A DNA stretch of 64,000 nucleotides from Candidatus Bathyarchaeia archaeon. GTDB taxonomy: Archaea; Thermoproteota; Bathyarchaeia; Bathyarchaeales; Bathycorpusculaceae. Positions 58,462-64,000 of the stretch are shown here, piece by piece. Location of the stretch: NCBI GenBank assembly GCA_038882655.1, contig JAVZNT010000002.1, forward strand, positions 64,001 through 128,000, given 5' to 3'. Made by a program: the position numbers and the translations under genes. Each line of letters starts with the position of its first letter. The first letter of the stretch is position 1. The notes under the pieces were generated by a model. It was not told the origin of the DNA and did no database searches. It saw only the letters and a program-made list of their open reading frames with translations.

Positions 58462-59076
58462 ATGCCATACAAGTTCACATTCGACCTTTCAAAAGTTCCA
58501 AAGTTCTTCTTCACCGAAGTGGCCAAAATTGTTTATAAAAAAAGAGTGCATAAAAGGGTTGGACATGCTTTACAAGATATTATCAAGAGGTTCAGGATCG
58601 ATGAGGCAACAGGCTTAAGCTTTTCTGACGCTGTTCTGCTTTTGGAAGATTTTGTTGATATGGAAGTTAGAAATTTTTTAGAGAAGGAGCGGTTTAAGAA
58701 GACGAAAAGAAGGGCTCTGTTTTTGCCTCATTGTTCTAGGAAGTATATGGACAATAGGTGCAAGGCTAAGTTTGACCCGAATATTCCATCATACATTTGT
58801 GCCCACTGCTCTTTTAACTGCTTGATTAGCAGAGCGGTTTCAATAGCCGAAGGGAAGGGGTATGATGTTTACGTCATACCCGGCGGCTCATGCATTTACA
58901 AAATTTTGAAGCTTAAGCGTTATGATGGTGTTGTGGGAGTCGCGTGCGGTGAAGAGGTGAAGTTGGCTGGTGAGGCATTATCTAGGGTTGATGTTGCTGG
59001 TCAAGCTGTTCCTCTGCTTAGAAATGGTTGTGCTAACACATTTTTTGACATTGAGACTTTAGTGCAAATTCTTTAA
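58462..59076 (+). CDS. DUF116 family protein
   Basis: LFLPHC, C..C...C.I, VYVIPGGS, GVAC, GC.NT. Confidence 0.85.
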   Translation: MPYKFTFDLSKVPKFFFTEVAKIVYKKRVHKRVGHALQDIIKRFRIDEATGLSFSDAVLLLEDFVDMEVRNFLEKERFKKTKRRALFLPHCSRKYMDNRCKAKFDPNIPSYICAHCSFNCLISRAVSIAEGKGYDVYVIPGGSCIYKILKLKRYDGVVGVACGEEVKLAGEALSRVDVAGQAVPLLRNGCANTFFDIETLVQIL

Positions 59077-59119
59077 AGAGAAAAATAGGGCGTTACTTAA
59101 TTGATGAGGAAAATTTGCT

Positions 59120-59176
59120 TTACTTCTTTTCCGCTTTGGCCTTTTTCTTAGCTGTTTTCTTCTTGCACGCTAACAA
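59120..59176 (-). CDS. Candidate 18-aa Lys/Ala-rich micropeptide MLACKKKTAKKKAKAEKK
   Basis: GAGGTG SD at 59181-86, TTG start, TAA stop. Confidence 0.5.
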   Translation of the reverse strand: MLACKKKTAKKKAKAEKK

Positions 59177-59287
59177 CTTACACCTCAAAACTGACGAAAA
59201 TAAAGATAAGTTTTTGATATCATATAATTTTTACCATCTTTTTCCTGCAAATTATATAGAATTGCTAGGAAATTGTAAAATTAAATG

Positions 59288-59449
59288 TTACTTGACTATT
59301 TCCCGTTTTTTCCATCGAAGGTTTTTGCTGCGGCATTTACGACATTTAACCGCTGTTGTGGCATTTCGTGCACCACATTCTCTGCAAATTTTCACGTAAA
59401 GCCTACGCTGCTGAGCCAATGATTTTTTAAATGGATCCATTATTGGCAT
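59288..59449 (-). CDS. rpl40e: 50S ribosomal protein eL40 (absent from ORF track)
   Basis: KICRECGARN...AVKCRKCRSKNLRWKK, 53 aa. Confidence 0.95.
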   Translation of the reverse strand: MPIMDPFKKSLAQQRRLYVKICRECGARNATTAVKCRKCRSKNLRWKKREIVK

Positions 59450-59528
59450 TTTGCTTCAACTCGTTTTCTTTTGGCTACACCAAACAGAATACGCATATAA
59501 ATATACTTTTTGCCTCTTTATGCTAAAT

Positions 59529-60404
59529 CTAACGCCTTACCAGTTTTTCTAACAGTGTGGCGACGTCGCTGGGCTTTTCAGCCACCTCCACACCAGCTTC
59601 TCGGAAGGCTTCTATTTTGCTTTGAGCCGTTCCAGCCTTGCCCAGTATTATTGCACCTGCGTGTCCCATACGTTTTCCAGGAGGAGCTGAGCGACCAACT
59701 ACGAAAGCTACAATCGGTTTTGGATATTTTTCTTTGACTATGTATTCTGCAGCGAGTTCTTCAAAGTTTCCCCCGATTTCTCCTATAAGGGCTATGCCTT
59801 CAGTTTGATCGTCTCTTTCAAAAAGTTTTAGAACATCTATGAAGTTCAACCCAACTATTGGGTCTCCGCCTAAGCCTATGCATGTAGATTGCCCCATTTG
59901 CTTTTTAGTTAATCCAGCAGCTATTTCGTATGTTAGTGTCCCGCTTCTTGAGACCATGCCTATGCTTCCGGGCTTGAAAATGTGAGCTGGCATTATGCCA
60001 AGTTTACATTCTCCGGGCGTTATTATTCCAGGGGTGTTTGGTCCTATTATTGTGGCATTGAGTTGTTTGGCATATGCCATAACATTGACGGCGTCTTTTA
60101 TTGGGATATGCTCAGTGATTATGACAACTGTTTTTATTCCGTTTTCTAAGGCTTCTAGTGCTGCGTCTGCTGCGAATGGCGCTGGGACAAATATTATGGA
60201 GGCATTAGCGTGGTGGTTTTCTAGGGCTCCCTCAATGGTGTCATATACAGGGACGCCGTGGACTTTCGTTCCGCCTTTGCCCGGTGTTACACCCGCAACT
60301 ATTTGTGTTCCGTATTCCAGCATGAGTTTTGTGTGGAAACTTCCCTGCGCCCCGGTTATGCCTTGAACTATGGCCTTAGTATTTTTATCTACTATTATCC
60401 CCAT
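59529..60404 (-). CDS. sucD: Succinyl-CoA synthetase alpha subunit
   Basis: [35 protein letters not shown]. Confidence 0.96.
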   Translation of the reverse strand: MGIIVDKNTKAIVQGITGAQGSFHTKLMLEYGTQIVAGVTPGKGGTKVHGVPVYDTIEGALENHHANASIIFVPAPFAADAALEALENGIKTVVIITEHIPIKDAVNVMAYAKQLNATIIGPNTPGIITPGECKLGIMPAHIFKPGSIGMVSRSGTLTYEIAAGLTKKQMGQSTCIGLGGDPIVGLNFIDVLKLFERDDQTEGIALIGEIGGNFEELAAEYIVKEKYPKPIVAFVVGRSAPPGKRMGHAGAIILGKAGTAQSKIEAFREAGVEVAEKPSDVATLLEKLVRR

Positions 60405-60410
60405 TCACGC

Positions 60411-61550
60411 TCACGCTCCGTTTTTGACGATTTCCACTACGCGCTTTGCTGCCTCTTCCATGCTTTCCAGTACATGTATTCCAGCTTCAGTCAGTATTCG
60501 TTTTCCTTCCTCCTCGTTTGTCCCCACTAGCCGTATGACAAAGGGCTTTTCTATGCCAAGTTTTTCCTTCGCCGCCAAAACGCCTCTTGCAACTTCGTCG
60601 CAGCGGGTTATCCCGCCTAAAATATTTATGAATAAGGCTTTAACATTTGGATCTGAAAACACAATCTTTAGGGCAGCCGCAATTTTTTCTGATGGGGCAC
60701 CGCCGCCTACGTCTAGAAAGTTGGCTGGTTTTCCACCATAAAGTTGTATGGCGTCTAATGTTGCCATTACCAAGCCGGCGCCGTTGCCTATAACGCCTAT
60801 GTCTCCTTCAAGTTTTACATAAGCCAGGTCATTTTTTGCAGCTTCAATTTCTTGTAGAGAGAGTTCACCTTCCAATGTTCTTTCTTTAAATTCTGAGTGG
60901 CGGAAAAGGGCATTGTCATCGATTATTATGCGAGTGTCAACAGCAACAAAATTTCCATCTGAAGTTTCAACGAGAGGGTTCATTTCAATAAGTTCAGCGT
61001 CATAATCCATGCCAGCTCTGTATAGGTTATGGAAGATGTTTCCAAGCAGTGAAAGCTGGTTTCCAGAGTATTCCATGTGTCTTGCTATTTGTCTAGCGTG
61101 GTGTGGTCTAAAACCATATTGTGGGTTTATGTGGAACCTTGTGACTTTTTCTGGGGTTTTTGCGGCAACCTCTTCTATTTCCATTCCGCCTTCCGAGGAG
61201 GCTATTACAACATAGCTTTTTGAAAACCTGTCAATAGTTATGCCGAAATATAGCTCTTTTTTGGCTTGTATTTTCTCTTCAATCCAGACGCTTCGGACAG
61301 ACATCCCTTTAATTTGCATGCCTAGCAGTTTCTCCGTAGCCTCTTCTACTTCCGCTATAGAGTCTGCGAAGAGTATTCCTCCAGCTTTCCCTCTTCCTGC
61401 AACTGGAACTTGCGCCTTTATAACCAATGGCAGGTTAAGCCTTGAGGCTATTTCTCGAGCTTGCGTTGTGTTTGTGGCTAGTTCTCCTTTAGGTGTTGGA
61501 ACGCCATATTTTGAAAGTATCCTTTTTGCCTCATACTCAAGGAGTTTCAT
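60411..61550 (-). CDS. sucC: Succinyl-CoA synthetase beta subunit
   Basis: LLEYEAK, KAQV..AGRGKAGG, GNGAGL.MAT.D, ANFLDVGGG. Confidence 0.96.
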   Translation of the reverse strand: MKLLEYEAKRILSKYGVPTPKGELATNTTQAREIASRLNLPLVIKAQVPVAGRGKAGGILFADSIAEVEEATEKLLGMQIKGMSVRSVWIEEKIQAKKELYFGITIDRFSKSYVVIASSEGGMEIEEVAAKTPEKVTRFHINPQYGFRPHHARQIARHMEYSGNQLSLLGNIFHNLYRAGMDYDAELIEMNPLVETSDGNFVAVDTRIIIDDNALFRHSEFKERTLEGELSLQEIEAAKNDLAYVKLEGDIGVIGNGAGLVMATLDAIQLYGGKPANFLDVGGGAPSEKIAAALKIVFSDPNVKALFINILGGITRCDEVARGVLAAKEKLGIEKPFVIRLVGTNEEEGKRILTEAGIHVLESMEEAAKRVVEIVKNGA

Positions 61551-61571
61551 TTTAAACATCCCATTTTACGT

Positions 61572-62030
61572 CTATTTTATGGATTCTATCGCAACGTAGG
61601 ACTTAGTATCTTTTATGCCTTCGATTGCGGAAAGTTTCCTTAAAACCTCGTGGAGCTTATCCCTCTCAACGATTAGCACAGCGTCAATGTCGCCTGCAAC
61701 CCTGAAAGCCTTTTGCACGAATATTTCTCTGATTTTTCCGTAGACTTCGCCTCTTTTGGGCGGGTAAACCTTAATGAATATGAAAGCTGGTGTTAATGAT
61801 GCACCTAGGGCGTTTAACCCTTTTTCCGTTACGTCTATGAACCCTCTACCTGTTCTTATGTAGTTTAGGTCTCTGAGCTTTTTTAAATGAAGGTTTAGTG
61901 CTTGTCTGCTTATGCCTAATTCTTTTGCTAGGTCGCTTTGCCTTGCGTGTAAAGTGTATGTGCTCGTTGATTTCCCTCTTTCGTATAGCATTCGGAGCAG
62001 TTGAATTGAACGCCTTGTTAGTGTTTCCAA
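61572..62030 (-). CDS. Lrp/AsnC-like regulator (wHTH plus RAM-like domain)
   Basis: QSDLAKELGISRQALNLHLKKL; RVAGDID. Confidence 0.82.
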   Translation of the reverse strand: METLTRRSIQLLRMLYERGKSTSTYTLHARQSDLAKELGISRQALNLHLKKLRDLNYIRTGRGFIDVTEKGLNALGASLTPAFIFIKVYPPKRGEVYGKIREIFVQKAFRVAGDIDAVLIVERDKLHEVLRKLSAIEGIKDTKSYVAIESIK

Positions 62031-62237
62031 GGTTTTAACGCTTCTCGGAATTTGGATGTTGAGAGTTTACAATAGTATGGATTATTTAAGCATTTAGCAA
62101 GTTTTAACGCGTTTGAAACTTTAATGTAAAGGATTGTAAAGCCGCGGTAGAAGTTAAAACCGTAATGTATTTATTTATGGATAAAAATGGTTAAGGAGCC
62201 ATAGAAAAAGTGGAAATAAGGAGTGAGGCGGTCCAAA

Positions 62238-62516
62238 ATGTCTGAAAGCAACTCAGTGTTGATCGGGAAGAAGCCAGTAATGAACTATGTACTGGCTTGC
62301 ATAACCCTCTTCCACGGCGGAGCAAAAGAAGTAAATATTAAGGCAAGAGGGAGAGCCATAAGTCGTGCCGTCGACGTCGTTGAGGTCGTTAGGCGCCGAT
62401 TCCTACCAGACGTTAAAGTTAAGAAAGTAGGTATCGGAACTGAGCAGGTGGCACCCAGAGAAGAGGGTGGCACGCCTACAAACGTCAGCACCATCGAGAT
62501 AACACTGGAACGCTGA
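62238..62516 (+). CDS. albA: DNA/RNA-binding protein Alba
   Basis: [32 protein letters not shown]. Confidence 0.97.
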   Translation: MSESNSVLIGKKPVMNYVLACITLFHGGAKEVNIKARGRAISRAVDVVEVVRRRFLPDVKVKKVGIGTEQVAPREEGGTPTNVSTIEITLER

Positions 62517-62583
62517 AGTACTTCCGAGTAAAATTTCAAAGCTCCGCCGCCCCTCCTTTATTTGTTGGAGGGCATCCTTTCAA

Positions 62584-63093
62584 GTGAAGACAGTGTTGTG
62601 TAGTTTCTGTTTGAAAAGTGGAATCTTGTGCCAAAAATGTTCGGAGAAGGTTAAATCTGGCGAAGTTTCAGAGCTTGATTTGAAAATTGCCCGTTTACTC
62701 CTTTCATTGGAGGAAACTTATCCTTCACTTCAGAACGTTTATTTTTATAAGGCTGTGGATGCTGGAAAAACTTTAGCCATTCTTGTTGGGAAGGGGGATG
62801 TCCCTCGTCTTCTTGGGTATGGTGGGAAAATAATTAAAGCGTTAGGGGAGAAAACTGGCAAGTCTATACGGGTTTTGGAGTATGGTGTTGACGATAGAAA
62901 GTTTTTGGAGGATTTGTTTGCACCTTTAAGCATAGTTACCATAAACACCATTTGGCTTCCAGACGGAACAACTGAAACGCGTGTTATTTTGAGGAAGAGA
63001 GGTGGAAGGCAGCCACCCTTCGATGTAAAGGCTTTAAAGGAGATTGCCCGTAAAGTTCGCAACATGACGTTACGCGTGGAGTTTACAGACTAG
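62584..63093 (+). CDS. NusA-like KH-domain protein with N-terminal Zn motif
   Basis: CSFCLKSGILCQKC; KH GYGGKIIKAL. Confidence 0.82.
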   Translation: MKTVLCSFCLKSGILCQKCSEKVKSGEVSELDLKIARLLLSLEETYPSLQNVYFYKAVDAGKTLAILVGKGDVPRLLGYGGKIIKALGEKTGKSIRVLEYGVDDRKFLEDLFAPLSIVTINTIWLPDGTTETRVILRKRGGRQPPFDVKALKEIARKVRNMTLRVEFTD

Positions 63094-63106
63094 CGGACGT
63101 GAACAA

Positions 63107-64000
63107 ATGAAACTGGACCCTATTGGGGACTGGCGGAGAACCCATTACTCTGTTGAGGTTCGACCGGAGCTTGACGGGCAAGAGGTCACTCTTTTCGGTT
63201 GGGTTCAAGAAATTCGGGATTTAGGCGGAATTCGCTTCATAATATTGCAAGACCGTGAAGGAACTGTGCAGATAACCATTCCACGGAAGAAGGTTAGCCG
63301 CGAAGTTTTATCGAAGTCTGACGCCTTGCAGAGGAGATATAGCATAGGCGTGAAAGGAATTGTAAAGAAAACAGAAATTACGCCAAGAGGGGTCGAAGTA
63401 ATACCGAAAGAAATTAAGATTTTCAGCACAGCCGCATCTCAGCTGCCAATAGACATCGCTGGAAAAGTACCTGCGCAGTTGGAGGTTCGGCTTGGCGCCC
63501 GCGCATTAGACCTTTGCCGTGAAGAAAGTATAGCCATCTTCAAGATTCAGCACACAGCTGTTGAGGCAATACGCAGTTTCCTCTTTGAAAGGGGGTTTAT
63601 AGAGGTTCATACTCCCCGCATTATTGCTTCAGCCACAGAGGGTGGCGCGGCACTTTTCCCCGTGGACTATTTTGAAAGAAAAGCTTTCCTTGCACAGAGC
63701 CCTCAACTTTACAAGGAACAGCTTGTCATAAGCCTTGAAAAAGTCTTTGAAATAGGTCCCTTTTTTAGGGCTGAAGAGTCCCACACGCGTCGGCATTTAA
63801 GCGAGTTTGTCTCAATAGATATTGAGCAAGCTTTTGCCTCGGCTGAAGATGTTATGCAGTTGCTGGAGCAGCTTATGCAGCACACATGCAAAGTTGTCCG
63901 TGAAAAATGCCAAAGGGAGTTGGCAACGTTAAATCATCACGTGAATGTGCCTGAAATCCCTTTTAAACGCTTGACCTACGACCAAGTACTTGAAGACTTG
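63107..64000 (+). CDS. aspS: Aspartyl-tRNA synthetase, 3'-truncated by window edge (absent from ORF track)
   Basis: MKLDPIGDWRRTHY, GWVQEIRDLGGI.F..L.DREG, ATEGGA.LF, LAQSPQLYK, FRAEES.T.RHL.EF. Confidence 0.95.
   Translation, partial: MKLDPIGDWRRTHYSVEVRPELDGQEVTLFGWVQEIRDLGGIRFIILQDREGTVQITIPRKKVSREVLSKSDALQRRYSIGVKGIVKKTEITPRGVEVIPKEIKIFSTAASQLPIDIAGKVPAQLEVRLGARALDLCREESIAIFKIQHTAVEAIRSFLFERGFIEVHTPRIIASATEGGAALFPVDYFERKAFLAQSPQLYKEQLVISLEKVFEIGPFFRAEESHTRRHLSEFVSIDIEQAFASAEDVMQLLEQLMQHTCKVVREKCQRELATLNHHVNVPEIPFKRLTYDQVLEDL

Overview
Gene-dense archaeal chromosomal segment, mostly housekeeping genes. The gene set (eS26, eL40, eL24, eS28, L7Ae, Alba, arcadin-1, a Cren7-like protein, TFB, Gar1, thermosome, Cdc48, FEN1, split MetE) points to a TACK archaeon, most likely Bathyarchaeia (inference). 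About 85 CDS, one initiator tRNA-Met and two candidate box C/D guide RNAs are visible. No CRISPR array, transposase or integrase was seen. The standout observation is a 31-nt intron at 31527-31557 inside the protein-L-isoaspartate O-methyltransferase (pcm) gene. It folds into a bulge-helix-bulge (BHB) motif, and cutting at the canonical tRNA-splicing-endonuclease sites exactly restores the conserved [11 protein letters not shown] motif and the reading frame. This suggests tRNA-type splicing of an mRNA other than the known cbf5 case. Secondary oddities: a +1 homopolymer frameshift in rtcA, a doubly stopped nucleotidyltransferase pseudogene near a four-copy G-string repeat array, several genes missed by the ORF track (CTG-start ORF, RHH regulator with palindromic operator, eL40, aspS, an 18-aa Lys-rich micro-ORF), a GMP synthase B with a duplicated C-terminal domain, and a Cren7-coiled-coil fusion. 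Product calls come from motif recognition by eye; no database searches were run.
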